From an uncultured Chloroflexia bacterium (GTDB lineage Bacteria > Chloroflexota > Limnocylindria > Limnocylindrales > CSP1-4): DNA of 64,000 bases. The notes below the pieces were generated by a model, which did not search any database, was not told where the DNA came from, and worked only from the letters and a program-made list of their open reading frames with translations. The stretch spans positions 144,411-208,410 of the forward strand of contig CAWDQY010000007.1 in NCBI GenBank assembly GCA_963804575.1, written 5' to 3'. Positions 9,971 through 19,269 of this stretch are shown piece after piece (position 1 is the first letter of the stretch; every line of letters starts with the position of its first letter). The position numbers and the translations under genes were made by a program.

Positions 9971-10351
9971 TCAGCGCTTCTGGGCGATGACCTCGATCTC
10001 GACGCGGATGTCCATCGGCAGGCGCGCGGCCTCGATGGTGGTCCGGGCGGGATAGGGCTCCGTCATGAACGAGCCATAGACCTCGTTGAAGGCCTTGAAG
10101 TCGTCCATGTCCGCCAGGTAGCAGGTCGTCTTCACGACATCACCGAAGTCGAGACCCATCTCGCCGAGGAGCGCCTTGATGTTCTGCATCGTGCGCAACG
10201 CCTGGACGGTCACGTCGCCCTCGACGAGCGTATTGGTCTCGGGGTCCATGGGTCCCTGTCCCGAGCAGAAGACGAGCGAGTCGGTGACGATCGCCTGGCT
10301 GTAGGGGCCGATGGCATTGGGCGCCTTCGACGTCTGGATCCGCTCCTTCAC
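9971..10351 (-). CDS. ridA: RidA family reactive enamine/imine deaminase (YjgF/TdcF/UK114)
   Basis: 126 aa, 'NAIGPYSQAIVTDSLVFCSGQGPMDPETN...PARTTIEAARLPMDIRVEIEVIA'. Its ATG overlaps the ispE stop (ATGA). Confidence 0.9.
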   Translation of the reverse strand: MKERIQTSKAPNAIGPYSQAIVTDSLVFCSGQGPMDPETNTLVEGDVTVQALRTMQNIKALLGEMGLDFGDVVKTTCYLADMDDFKAFNEVYGSFMTEPYPARTTIEAARLPMDIRVEIEVIAQKR

Positions 10352-11275
10352 GAGTCTGCTCCCCTTCCGATGCTGGTCGTGGCCAAGATCGCAGCACCCT
10401 CGAGCTCGACCGGACGCTCGGACTGCAGCGTGGTCACGGCACGTTGGGCGGCTGCCTCGGAAGGATAGACCGCGAAGAGGGTCGGGCCCGACCCGGTCAG
10501 CAGCACCGAGCGGCCGAGGATGTCAGCGGCCGCCGCGTGCGCCGCGGCCAGGGCGGGCGACAGGCGCGTCGCGGGCGCCCACAGGTCGTTGGTGTCGCCC
10601 AGCCGCCGTGTCGCCGCCGCCAGGGCCGGACCGTCGATGCCGCGGCGCAGCAGCGCGGCGATCTCGTCGACACGAGCGCCGGCGCCGATGTCGCGGACGG
10701 GCTGGCGATCGAGCTCGGCGAAGACCGCGGCCGTCGAGAGTCGCTGCTGGGGTGTGATCAGCAGCAGCCCGGCGGGTGGCTCGGGCGGCGGCAAGCGGAA
10801 CGAGGCGCTCACCGATGCCCTCGACCAGGGCGGATCCGTGGGCGGAGGCGAAGAAGGGCACATCGGCGCCAAGGCGAAGCGCGAGGTCGAACCGCTCGGC
10901 GGGACCCAGCTGCACGCCCCACGCCTGCAGCGCGAGCTCGATGGCAGCCGCGGCATCGGAGCTGCCGCCGCCCAGGCCAGCCGCGGTGGGGATGCGCTTG
11001 CGCAGGCGGAACCGCAGCGCGGGCAACGAGGCACCCAGCGCCTCGCGCAGCAGCGCCGCGGCGCGCAGCACGAGGTTGTCAGCCGTGGCTTCCAGCTCGC
11101 CCTCGCTGATGAGCGAATCGACGGCCGAGGCGGGTTCGAGGTCGGCCTCCAGCACGTCATGCAGCGCCAAGCGAACGAACACCGAGCGCAGCAGGTGGTA
11201 GCCATCATCGCGGATGCCGCTGACGGCCAGGGCCAGGTTGACCTTCGCCGCTGCCTGCCGACGCCAGGCGCTCAT
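10348..11275 (-). CDS. ispE: 4-diphosphocytidyl-2-C-methyl-D-erythritol kinase IspE (GHMP kinase), frame interrupted near 10785-10800
   Basis: The N-terminal part ('AKVNLALAV...HLLRSVF...IPTAAGLGGGSSDAAAA...GADVPFF') is in one frame. The C-terminal part ('LLLITPQQ...TAAVFAELD...NDLWAPA...LTGSGPTLFAVYPS') is in the adjacent frame. The ATG at 11275 overlaps the rsmA stop. Confidence 0.85.
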
Positions 11276-12134
11276 GGCAGCGGTGTCAGGGCCTCGCGCA
11301 ATGCCAGCCACTCGTCGACCGAGAGCGTCTGCGGGCGACGGTCAAGGTCGATGGCGCAGGCTGCCAGCGCACGATCGACGCGTCCACGCTCGAGCCCGGG
11401 GAGCTGGCGAGCGAGCACGTTGTGGACCATCTTGCGGCGCTCGCGGAAGCCCGCCTGCACCAGGCGCCACAGCTCGTCCTCGGCAGCCGGCTCGAGGCGA
11501 CGTGGCGCGTCTCGCCGACCAGCACGGCCGAATCCACCTCCGGCGCCGGCTCGAAGGCAGCTGCGGGCACGCTGAAGGCGACCCGCACCTGCGCGTGGTA
11601 CTGCACGAACACCGACAGGTAGCTCATGCCACCCGCCGGCGCTGCGATGCGCTCGGCCACCTCCTTCTGCACCATCATCACGAACCGGCGGGGCCTCGGC
11701 TCGGTCCCCAGCACGTGGTGCAGGATGGGGCTGCTGATGTGGTACGGCACGTTGGCCACCAGGGCCCACGGGTCGGAGGCCACGCTCGCCAGCTCGACGT
11801 CGAGGAAGTCGGCCTCCAGCAGGGTCAGGTTCGGTTCGTCGGAGAAGCGAGCCCGCAGGTGCCCGGCCAGGCGTGCGTCAAGCTCGACCGCGGTCACGAC
11901 CGCACCGGCTGCCAGCAGCTGCGCCGTCAGGATCCCGATACCTGGGCCGACCTCCACGATGCGCTCGCCGGGCCGGATCGCGGCCACCTCGAGGATGTGC
12001 TCCAATACGGCACCGTCGGCGAGATGGTTCTGCGACAACGACTTGCGTGCGGCCAGCCAGTGGCGACGCAGATAGCGCTCGACCGCCTCGGGTCCGAGAT
12101 GCGCGGGATCAAGCTCATCGCCACTCGGGGGCAA
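11272..12134 (-). CDS. rsmA: 16S rRNA (adenine1518/1519-N6)-dimethyltransferase RsmA/KsgA, frame interrupted near 11485-11530
   Basis: The N-terminal SAM-MTase part ('SQNHLADGAVLEHIL...IVEVGPGIGILT...VANVPYHISSPIL') is in one frame. The C-terminus ('EDELWRLVQAGFRERRKMVHNVL...') is in another frame ending at 11272. Confidence 0.85.
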
Positions 12135-12138
12135 ACCG

Positions 12139-13206
12139 TCAGACCGCCAGCTTCAGCGATGGGCGCGCGTCGAGCGAGCGGTCAGCGCGGGCACCAGCGC
12201 GGTGCCGGTGGTAGCCGGCGGCGGCGATCATGGCGGCGTTGTCGGTGCACAGCCCAGGCCTCGGCACGACCAGGGGCACACCCAGGCCGGCGGCGCCGGC
12301 GGCGATGCGCTCGCGCAGCACGCCATTGGCCGCCACGCCGCCGCCGAGGACGATGGTCCTCGCGCCAAGCTCGCGGGCGGCTCGCAGGGTCTTGGTGGCG
12401 AGCACGTCGACGACCGACTCCTGGAAGGCCCAGGCCAGCTCGGCGACATCGGCCGCGGGGAGTTCGGCGCCGTCGACGTCACGGTCCTGCGCTGAACGGC
12501 CCAGGGCTTCGCCGACCGCGTGCCGCACCGCCGTCTTGAGGCCGCTGAACGAGAAGTCGTACGTGTCACCCATCCACGCTCGCGGGAAGCGCCGGTCGTG
12601 GGCGGTGGCGTCGGCGGCCGCCCGCATGATGGCCGGACCGCCCGGGTAGGAGAGGCCCAGCAGCCGGCCGACCTTGTCGAACGCCTCGCCGGCAGCGTCA
12701 TCGACGGTCTGGCCCAGCAGCCGGTAGCGCAGGTGGTCCTGCATCTCGACGAGGAAGGTGTGCCCGCCGCTCACCACCAGCGCCAGCAGGGGGAACTCCG
12801 GTGCCGGGCGCTCCTCCTGCTCGGGATCCAGCAACCAGGCCGCGTAGATGTGTCCTTCGAGGTGGTTCACCGGCACCAGCGGCAGGCCCAGGCTCCAGGC
12901 CAGCGTCTTGGCCATGGTGATGCCCACCAGCAGTGAGCCGGCCAGGCCGGGACCCTCGGTGACGGCCACGGCGTCCACATCGGACCAATCGTCGATGGCG
13001 GCTCGCGTGCGGGCCTCGTGCAGCACCGGGATCATCCAGCGCAGGTGCGCCCGTGCCGCCACCTCGGGCACGATGCCACCCGTGGCGGAGTGGAGCTGCA
13101 CCTGGCTGGCAACCACGTTGGCGACGATGCGGCGGCCTTCCTCGACCACGGCCACGGCGGTCTCATCGCAGGATGACTCCACCGCGAGGATGCGACCGCG
13201 GCTCAT
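12139..13206 (-). CDS. tsaD: tRNA N6-adenosine threonylcarbamoyltransferase TsaD (Kae1/YgjD)
   Basis: 'MSRGRILAVESSCDETAVAVV...' with the His-His metal motif region. The ATG overlaps the rimI stop. Confidence 0.9.
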   Translation of the reverse strand: MSRGRILAVESSCDETAVAVVEEGRRIVANVVASQVQLHSATGGIVPEVAARAHLRWMIPVLHEARTRAAIDDWSDVDAVAVTEGPGLAGSLLVGITMAKTLAWSLGLPLVPVNHLEGHIYAAWLLDPEQEERPAPEFPLLALVVSGGHTFLVEMQDHLRYRLLGQTVDDAAGEAFDKVGRLLGLSYPGGPAIMRAAADATAHDRRFPRAWMGDTYDFSFSGLKTAVRHAVGEALGRSAQDRDVDGAELPAADVAELAWAFQESVVDVLATKTLRAARELGARTIVLGGGVAANGVLRERIAAGAAGLGVPLVVPRPGLCTDNAAMIAAAGYHRHRAGARADRSLDARPSLKLAV

Positions 13207-13787
13207 GCGTCCCGCTCCCACGCCGTGTCCTCGGGGTCGGGAGCGTAGCCGGGGTCCTCGCGCAGCACGTCGATGGCGTAGCGGGCCGCCAGCCGCGACA
13301 TGCGCTGCTGCATCTCGGGTGTGTCGAGGCGCTCCGTGGTCATGATCAGGGCGTCTTCGCCGTTGTCGCTGTAGTAGCGCGGGCGGACACCGACCGGGCG
13401 GAAGCCGAAGCGCTGGTAGAGCTGCCGGGCCGCCACGTTGCCGAGGCGGACCTCCAGCGTCAGCACGGTCGCGCCGGTGTCGGCCGACAGGGCCATCAGC
13501 CCGCTCAGCAGGAGCCCGCCGACTCCGCGGCGCCGGTAGGCCGGCAGCACCGCGAAGGTGGTGACATGGGCCTCGTCGACCATCAGCCAGATACCGGCGT
13601 AGGCGATGACTCGCTCACCGGCGCGGACCACGAGGTAGTGCGCCATGCGGTTGGTCTCGAGCTCCTGGCGGAAGGCATAGGGTGGCCAGGGCGTGGGAAA
13701 GGAGGCACTCTCGATGGCATGCACGGCGGGGATGTCCTCGACGCTCATCGGCTGCAGCGTGAGCTTTACCGGAGGTCGGGCGACCAT
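13203..13787 (-). CDS. rimI: Ribosomal-protein-alanine N-acetyltransferase RimI (GNAT)
   Basis: GNAT motif 'AYRRRGVGGLLL'. The start is either 13787 or the internal Met at 13748. Confidence 0.8.
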   Translation of the reverse strand: MVARPPVKLTLQPMSVEDIPAVHAIESASFPTPWPPYAFRQELETNRMAHYLVVRAGERVIAYAGIWLMVDEAHVTTFAVLPAYRRRGVGGLLLSGLMALSADTGATVLTLEVRLGNVAARQLYQRFGFRPVGVRPRYYSDNGEDALIMTTERLDTPEMQQRMSRLAARYAIDVLREDPGYAPDPEDTAWERDA

Positions 13788-14452
13788 CCCAGGTCCTCCG
13801 CTGCCTGCCTGATGCCACGTGGCAACGCCACGTAGGCAGGCGTGAGCTCGGCGATGTCGTCGCCGTCAGCGGCATCGAGGCGGGCGCGAGCCAGTGCCAG
13901 CAGGGCCTCGGGCAGGCGCTCCATCGCCGCCACACCCAGCCGCAGGGCCTCGGCGCTCACGAGGCCAGGCTCGACATCGACAGCGACCAGGGCGCGCGTG
14001 CCGATGGCTTCCGCCAGCTCGCCCGGAGCGACGAGCACGGGATCGGCGTCGACGAGCGCGAGGTAGTGGTCATGGGCTCCCGCCGGCAGCACGACCGCGG
14101 CGTCATCGGGGCCGCCCGCAGCGATGGCGGCACGTCGCAGCGCGTCGGATGAACGCACGCCGACCAGCGGCAGCGCCAGCGCGTAGGCGATGGTCTTGGC
14201 CGTGGCCAGTCCCACGCGCAGGCCGCTGAACGATCCGGGGCCCGTCCCCACCGCCACGGCAACCACGTCGGCGAGCGTGGCATCTGCCGCCGCCAGCACC
14301 TCCTCGATCTGCTCGAGCAGGTGGGTGCCGTGGCGGTGGTGTGCCTCACGACGGCTGACCCCGGCCGGAGATGCCAGGCCGACCACCACGACGCTGCCGC
14401 GGGTGGAGGTGTCGAAGGCGAGGATGAGGCCGGACCCCGGGGCGTCACTCAT
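13766..14452 (-). CDS. tsaB: tRNA threonylcarbamoyladenosine biosynthesis protein TsaB (YeaZ)
   Basis: 'ILAFDTSTRGSVVVVG...' inactive Kae1 paralog fold. Its start overlaps the tsaE stop. Confidence 0.85.
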   Translation of the reverse strand: MSDAPGSGLILAFDTSTRGSVVVVGLASPAGVSRREAHHRHGTHLLEQIEEVLAAADATLADVVAVAVGTGPGSFSGLRVGLATAKTIAYALALPLVGVRSSDALRRAAIAAGGPDDAAVVLPAGAHDHYLALVDADPVLVAPGELAEAIGTRALVAVDVEPGLVSAEALRLGVAAMERLPEALLALARARLDAADGDDIAELTPAYVALPRGIRQAAEDLGWSPDLR

Positions 14453-14964
14453 GTTCGGTCACCGCCCGAGAGCCAGCGCCGGGCCGCCGCCAGGTACCGC
14501 TCGGCCACCTCGCCGCGACCGCGGATCTCGATGTCACGAGCGTGCTCGGCGATGGGCAGGATGACCAGCGTGAGGCGTCCCGGGTCGAGGCTCTCGTCAA
14601 GGCGATCGGCCCACTCGCTGAGCGTCACGCCGTCGTCCTGGCGCTCGTCGAGGAGCCCTCCGGCCAGCACTTCGGCCGAACCGGCAAGTCGATAGAGGTC
14701 CTGGTGGAAGAGCGGCAGGCGGCCCTCGTACTCTGCCATCAGCGTGAAGCTGGGGCTGTTGACGACTTCGTCGATGCCCAGCCCGATGGCGAAGCCCTTG
14801 GCGAACTGCGTCTTGCCCGCGCCCAGCGGACCGACCAGCGCCAGGCGGTCTCCTGGCTGCGCCGAGGATGCCAGCGCGGCGGCCAGGTCGCGGGTCTGCT
14901 CGGTCGAGGACGTGCGTAGCCGCAGCCCCGCGATGGGCGGACGCTCAGGATCGGACACGGTCAT
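14449..14964 (-). CDS. tsaE: tRNA threonylcarbamoyladenosine biosynthesis ATPase TsaE (YjeE)
   Basis: P-loop 'LVGPLGAGKTQFAKG'. The family was assigned from the motif and the operon context. Confidence 0.85.
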   Translation of the reverse strand: MTVSDPERPPIAGLRLRTSSTEQTRDLAAALASSAQPGDRLALVGPLGAGKTQFAKGFAIGLGIDEVVNSPSFTLMAEYEGRLPLFHQDLYRLAGSAEVLAGGLLDERQDDGVTLSEWADRLDESLDPGRLTLVILPIAEHARDIEIRGRGEVAERYLAAARRWLSGGDRT

Positions 14965-14973
14965 GTCGTGAGG

Positions 14974-16020
14974 CTAGCCGAGCCGCTCCAGGGTGGCCAG
15001 CGGCACGCAGTGGCGCTCGCCACGGCCGTCCTCGCCGGCCAGTTCCACGAACCCGCCGGGGGCGTAGCTGCCACCCGACCAGCGGCGCGGACCTGACAGA
15101 CCCACCAGCACGCCCTCGTGGTCGCGATGCTCCCCGCTGATGACGCGGACCGTCCCAGGCGGCCGCGATGCGGCCTCCACCAGTGGCCCCGGGTCGCCGT
15201 CGATGATGAGCGTGCGCGACGCTGGCAGGATGCCGGCGTCGCGACCGTCGGCTGCGACCAGCAGGTCCCACAGGTGCGCCGGGATGGGGACACGGCCATA
15301 GCCACCGAGCGCGAGCAGCCCGAACGGAGCGGCAGCGTGGAGGGCGGCCTGCTGCCGCGCCTCCGACGAGGTCAGCTGCCGCAGGTCGCGGCTGGCGACA
15401 CCGCCCGAGATGATGGCGGCGGCACCGATGGCACGGGCGCGTGACACGGCTTCGACATCGATCCGGGTGCCGACCACGAGGATGGCACCCGCGGCCGTGA
15501 CATCGATGCGGGAGGTCTGGATCTCGGCGTCCGGGCGCTCGACCGCGATGACGATGCGGCCCCACGAGGGACGGCCCCAACCGACACGGGCGTCCACCGC
15601 CAGCCCGTCCGCCCGCAGGTAGAGGCGGCCCGGCGTGACGGCCTCGATGACGCCAGCGGCGGGCGCGTTGAGGGTGACCGGGTTGCTCCCCGCCACCAGG
15701 TAGGTGGTGCCATCTCGCCCGTGCTCGCAGACACGCGTGCGATGGGCGGTGGCGGCCGACTTGCGACCGAGGCGGCCGGTCTGCGGCCCCGGAACGTTGT
15801 CCAGGATGTCTCCGGGGTGAAGTCGGATGAGGGCCGCGCTGGTCGGGACCTCGAGCAGCTCCTGGTCACGGAAGTGCTCGATGATCGGCTGGCCCAGGGC
15901 GACAGGCTGGCCGGGGGATACCAGGGGCCGGTCGGACAGGCCCAGGGGCAGTTGCAGCAGGCGCCCCTGCTGTGGCTGCGCAGCCGGGACCGCGAAGCGC
16001 CCGGGGTCGGGTTGGGTCAT
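14974..16020 (-). CDS. Hypothetical protein (348 aa), no family recognised; translationally coupled to the upstream ASKHA-like gene
   Basis: The ATG at 16020 overlaps the TGA of the upstream gene (ATGA). GC3 is about 85% across the whole frame. The longer 733-aa ORF in the track is an out-of-frame artefact upstream of this ATG. Confidence 0.6.
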   Translation of the reverse strand: MTQPDPGRFAVPAAQPQQGRLLQLPLGLSDRPLVSPGQPVALGQPIIEHFRDQELLEVPTSAALIRLHPGDILDNVPGPQTGRLGRKSAATAHRTRVCEHGRDGTTYLVAGSNPVTLNAPAAGVIEAVTPGRLYLRADGLAVDARVGWGRPSWGRIVIAVERPDAEIQTSRIDVTAAGAILVVGTRIDVEAVSRARAIGAAAIISGGVASRDLRQLTSSEARQQAALHAAAPFGLLALGGYGRVPIPAHLWDLLVAADGRDAGILPASRTLIIDGDPGPLVEAASRPPGTVRVISGEHRDHEGVLVGLSGPRRWSGGSYAPGGFVELAGEDGRGERHCVPLATLERLG

Positions 16021-17636
16021 CGCTCGCTGCCCACCCAGGCGGGTGCCTCCCAGTCGGCCAGCAGGGCGCGCCGCTGCTCGCCGCCGGAGGGCATCTCCAG
16101 CGGGATGCCGCGGGTGTCGACGAGCAGTCCGCCGAGGCCGCCGCGTACCTCGAGCACGAGGTGACGTCCTTCGACGCCGAGGATGGCACCTTCGCCAGGA
16201 TCGATCTCCAGGCGAGCCGTGATGCCGGGCGGCAGGTCGACCAGGCGCAGCATTCCCGGCTCGAGTTGCAGCTGCTCTTCGCCGAGGGCGCTGCTGATGT
16301 GCATCGAGCCACTGTCGGCCACCTTCCGGCTCTCCTTGCCGTTCGGGCCGGTGAGCAGGGCGCTGCCGAGGGGCAGCAGGCAGTCGTCCATCAGGTCGGT
16401 CAGCAGCCGACGCCGATCGCCCTCGACTGGAAGCGCGCCAAGAGGAGCCAGGACGCCGGCATGATCGTGCAGGATGCTCACGGCGCCGGGGCGGCGGATG
16501 CCGTCGACGACGGCCAGGGCTGATGCAGCCGGGGGCACGGCGGCGAAGGCGCCACCACTCAGCACGTACACCTCGGCGCCGTCGGGCTCCCCATCGCGCG
16601 CGTCGGCCCACGTCGTGGCCAGTCGCTCGAGGGCTGCACGAAGGGCCGCCAGCCGCAGGTGGGTGCCTTCGTCGTCGATCCGCGACCAGGGGTTCAGGGC
16701 CATCTCGCGCAGCACATCGAGACGCGCCGCCGGGTCGCCCGGGAGCGTGGACCAGCGCAGGATCGAATCCCCCAGCGCCTCGTCCTCGAGCAGCTCCGGC
16801 GGGAGCAGGCCGGCGGCAGCCACGACCGCGTGCGACGACTGACCATCCGCACCGGCCAACGTCCGCGAGGCGGCCGTGATGCCGATCTCGATGCCATCGA
16901 CACGGTTGCCCAGCATGGCCGCCAGCGATGCCACCGAGGTGCGCAGGGCGGCGCGACCATCGGCGGACGAGAGCACGCCACGTCCCAGCAGGTGGACGCC
17001 CACCTGTCGTGCCGCCGTGCGAAGCAACGACTCGGCGTTGAACGGCACGGCATCGGGCGCGGGCAGCGAGAAGAGGCGCGTGTCGGGGAGGCCGGCAGGA
17101 CGCTCGGCGAAGGGGCCACAGGCGATGACGGCGATGTCGTCGCGGAAACGCGCCAGCGAGCCGATACGGGACCACAGGCGGTGGGCGGTCTCGAGCTCGG
17201 CCTCGTCGACGCCGTCCCTGCCGCCCATGACGAGCGCGTCGACGTGCTGGTCGAGGCAGGCTTCACCCAGGGCCAGCAGGTCTGGGCTGGGCCCGAAGAA
17301 GCGCGCCACGATGGCCCATCCGGCGCCGATGAACGCACGCTCGAGCTGCTCACCGGTCTGCATCGAGGCCGCCACCAGCACGCCCCGGGGCGCGGCCACG
17401 GTGTGCACCTCCAGGCGCGACCACTCGCGCCAGCCCTCCAGCGAGCCGGCCACGGAGGCGTCGGTGCGGGCGACCCGCCAGGCGAGGTCCTCGAGGATGG
17501 ACTCGGGGGCGAGGGCGGCGGGTGCCGTCGCGGCCGCGAGCATGCGGTAGCGACCGGCCACGGGCGCGATGAGCGCCGCAGCGGTGCTGACGGTGCCACG
17601 GTCGAGCGTGAAGAACGCGGAGGTGTCCTGGGTCAC
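16017..17636 (-). CDS. ASKHA (acetate/sugar kinase-Hsp70-actin) fold ATPase-like protein of unknown function (539 aa)
   Basis: GTG start. Phosphate-1-like motif 'FFTLDRGTVSTAAALI', phosphate-2-like 'VDGIEIGITAASRTL', adenosine-like 'VYVLSGGAFA', plus a roughly 150-aa C-terminal beta-rich region. It resembles MutL/GlmL- or hydantoinase-type N-termini. GC3 is very high. Confidence 0.6.
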   Translation of the reverse strand: MTQDTSAFFTLDRGTVSTAAALIAPVAGRYRMLAAATAPAALAPESILEDLAWRVARTDASVAGSLEGWREWSRLEVHTVAAPRGVLVAASMQTGEQLERAFIGAGWAIVARFFGPSPDLLALGEACLDQHVDALVMGGRDGVDEAELETAHRLWSRIGSLARFRDDIAVIACGPFAERPAGLPDTRLFSLPAPDAVPFNAESLLRTAARQVGVHLLGRGVLSSADGRAALRTSVASLAAMLGNRVDGIEIGITAASRTLAGADGQSSHAVVAAAGLLPPELLEDEALGDSILRWSTLPGDPAARLDVLREMALNPWSRIDDEGTHLRLAALRAALERLATTWADARDGEPDGAEVYVLSGGAFAAVPPAASALAVVDGIRRPGAVSILHDHAGVLAPLGALPVEGDRRRLLTDLMDDCLLPLGSALLTGPNGKESRKVADSGSMHISSALGEEQLQLEPGMLRLVDLPPGITARLEIDPGEGAILGVEGRHLVLEVRGGLGGLLVDTRGIPLEMPSGGEQRRALLADWEAPAWVGSER

Positions 17637-17676
17637 ACCACAGATGGTAGCCCGGCGGGGCTATCGGGGTGACGGA

Positions 17677-17994
17677 TCAGGCGTACAGGTTCGCCTCGGC
17701 GTCGAGCTCCTCGAGGCGCTCGATCAGCCGCTCGATGTCGTCGTCGTCGACGAGCAGGTGGCTGGCGCCGGGGTCGTCGCCACCGAAGATGCCACGCAGG
17801 ATGGGATCGAAGAAGAGCATGCCCAGCCCGTCCAGGGTCCCGGCGCCACGGTTGGCCTCCAGGAACAGGACGGCCGGCACGGTCGCGCCGAGCAACTGGA
17901 TCTCGCGGGCCACGACTTCGATGTCGTCGCCATCGAAGGCTCCGAAGTCACGCGACCTGGCGAACTGCTCGGCGATATCGGGCGGTCGTAGCAA
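17677..17994 (-). CDS. Small acidic hypothetical protein (105 aa)
   Basis: GC3 is strongly coding. It has a 'LLVDDDDIERLIERLEELDAEANLYA' acidic tail and sits between alr and the ASKHA-like gene. Confidence 0.5.
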   Translation of the reverse strand: MLRPPDIAEQFARSRDFGAFDGDDIEVVAREIQLLGATVPAVLFLEANRGAGTLDGLGMLFFDPILRGIFGGDDPGASHLLVDDDDIERLIERLEELDAEANLYA

Positions 17995-18102
17995 CCGGAC
18001 TTCCCTCCTTCAGGCGTGCTCAACCGGCACGGCTGCGGGTTCGGGTCCCTCAACCCGGGTCCTCGCGACCGGTCGCGACATGCCTCGTCGGTGCCGGTGC
18101 TG

Positions 18103-19269
18103 TCAGTCCCTGGGGGGGGTACCGGCCAGCGGATAGTACACCCGGTCCAGACGCCGAGCCATGCCCGTGAGCACTTCCCAGGCGATGGTGTTGCGCCGAC
18201 GCGCCAGTTCCCCGGCGCTGATCCACTCGGCGCCCTGGCGACCCAGAAGCACGAACTCCTCGAGGTAGTCCAGCCCGGGCAAGTCCGTCACGTCGACCGC
18301 GACGGCGTCCATGGAGACACGCCCGACGATGGGCACTCGCCGACCTCGCACGAGTGCCATCGCCCCCGGCTGCGAGCCGCGCAGGTACCCATCCCCGTAG
18401 CCCACCGGCAGCACGGCGACGCGCGAGGGGCGTTCCGCGCGCCAGGTGCCCCCATAGCCGACGGTGCCACCGGCCGGCACGTCGCTGAAGGCAGCCGGCC
18501 GAGCCTTGAGGGCCATCGCCGGGCGCAGCCGTCCGGCGGCCTCGACGGCGTCGGGCGCGATGGGCAGGTCGGCATCCAGCACGCCGTAGACGGCGATCCC
18601 CGGGCGCACCAGGTCCAGCGACGGCTCGTCGTGCGTGAAGATGCCGCCGCTGGCGGCGATGTGGCGTGGCGGGATCGGGATGCCCGCCTCGTGCAGCGCG
18701 GTCACGGCGACCTCGAAACGAAGGACCTGGGCGTCGGACGACGGCGGGTCCTCCGGGCTGTGCAGATGTGACCACAGGCCGGCCAGCTCGATGCGTGGGT
18801 CAGCGACAGCCGCAGCGGCCACGGCGGGCACCGCCTCGGGCAACAGGCCGCCGCGACCCATGCCAGTCTCGACGCCGAGGTGGACCTTCACCGGCGGACC
18901 CGCGGTCGGGTGCCGCGGAGCGGATGGCCTCGAGGTCGGCCGCCGACATCACCGCCAGCTCCACATCGGCCGCGACCGCCTCGGCGGCGGCCGACGCCGG
19001 CGCCGGGTACAGCAGCAGGATCCGCCCGCCACGCGTGCGCGCAGCGCGATGGCCTCGTCGAGGGTGGCGACGCAGAGTGCCTCGACGTGGGGCGCCAGCG
19101 CGGGGCCGACGGCCTCGACACCGTGACCATAGGCGTCGGCCTTGACGACCGGGGCCACGGCCGCGGGGCCGACCACCGAGCGGATGACCTCGATGTTGTG
19201 GCGCATGGCGTCGAGATCGATCTCGAGCCAGGCGCCCCGGTTCCGCGGCGGCAGGAACGTGGCGGTCAT
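18103..19269 (-). CDS. alr: Alanine racemase, frame interrupted twice (near 19030-19040 and 18885-18895)
   Basis: The protein reads across three frames: the N-terminus 'AWLEIDLDAMRHNIEVIRSVV...VKADAYGHGVEAV', the middle 'GGRILLLYPAPA...VELAVMSAADLEAI', and 'VKVHLGVETGMGRGG...' through the C-terminal beta domain. The ATG at 19269 overlaps the nnrD stop. Confidence 0.85.

Noticed and set aside
14974-17175. 733-aa minus-strand ORF
   Set aside because: Only the last 348 codons, from the ATG at 16020, show coding GC3. The upstream two thirds are an out-of-frame overlap of the 539-aa ASKHA-like gene.
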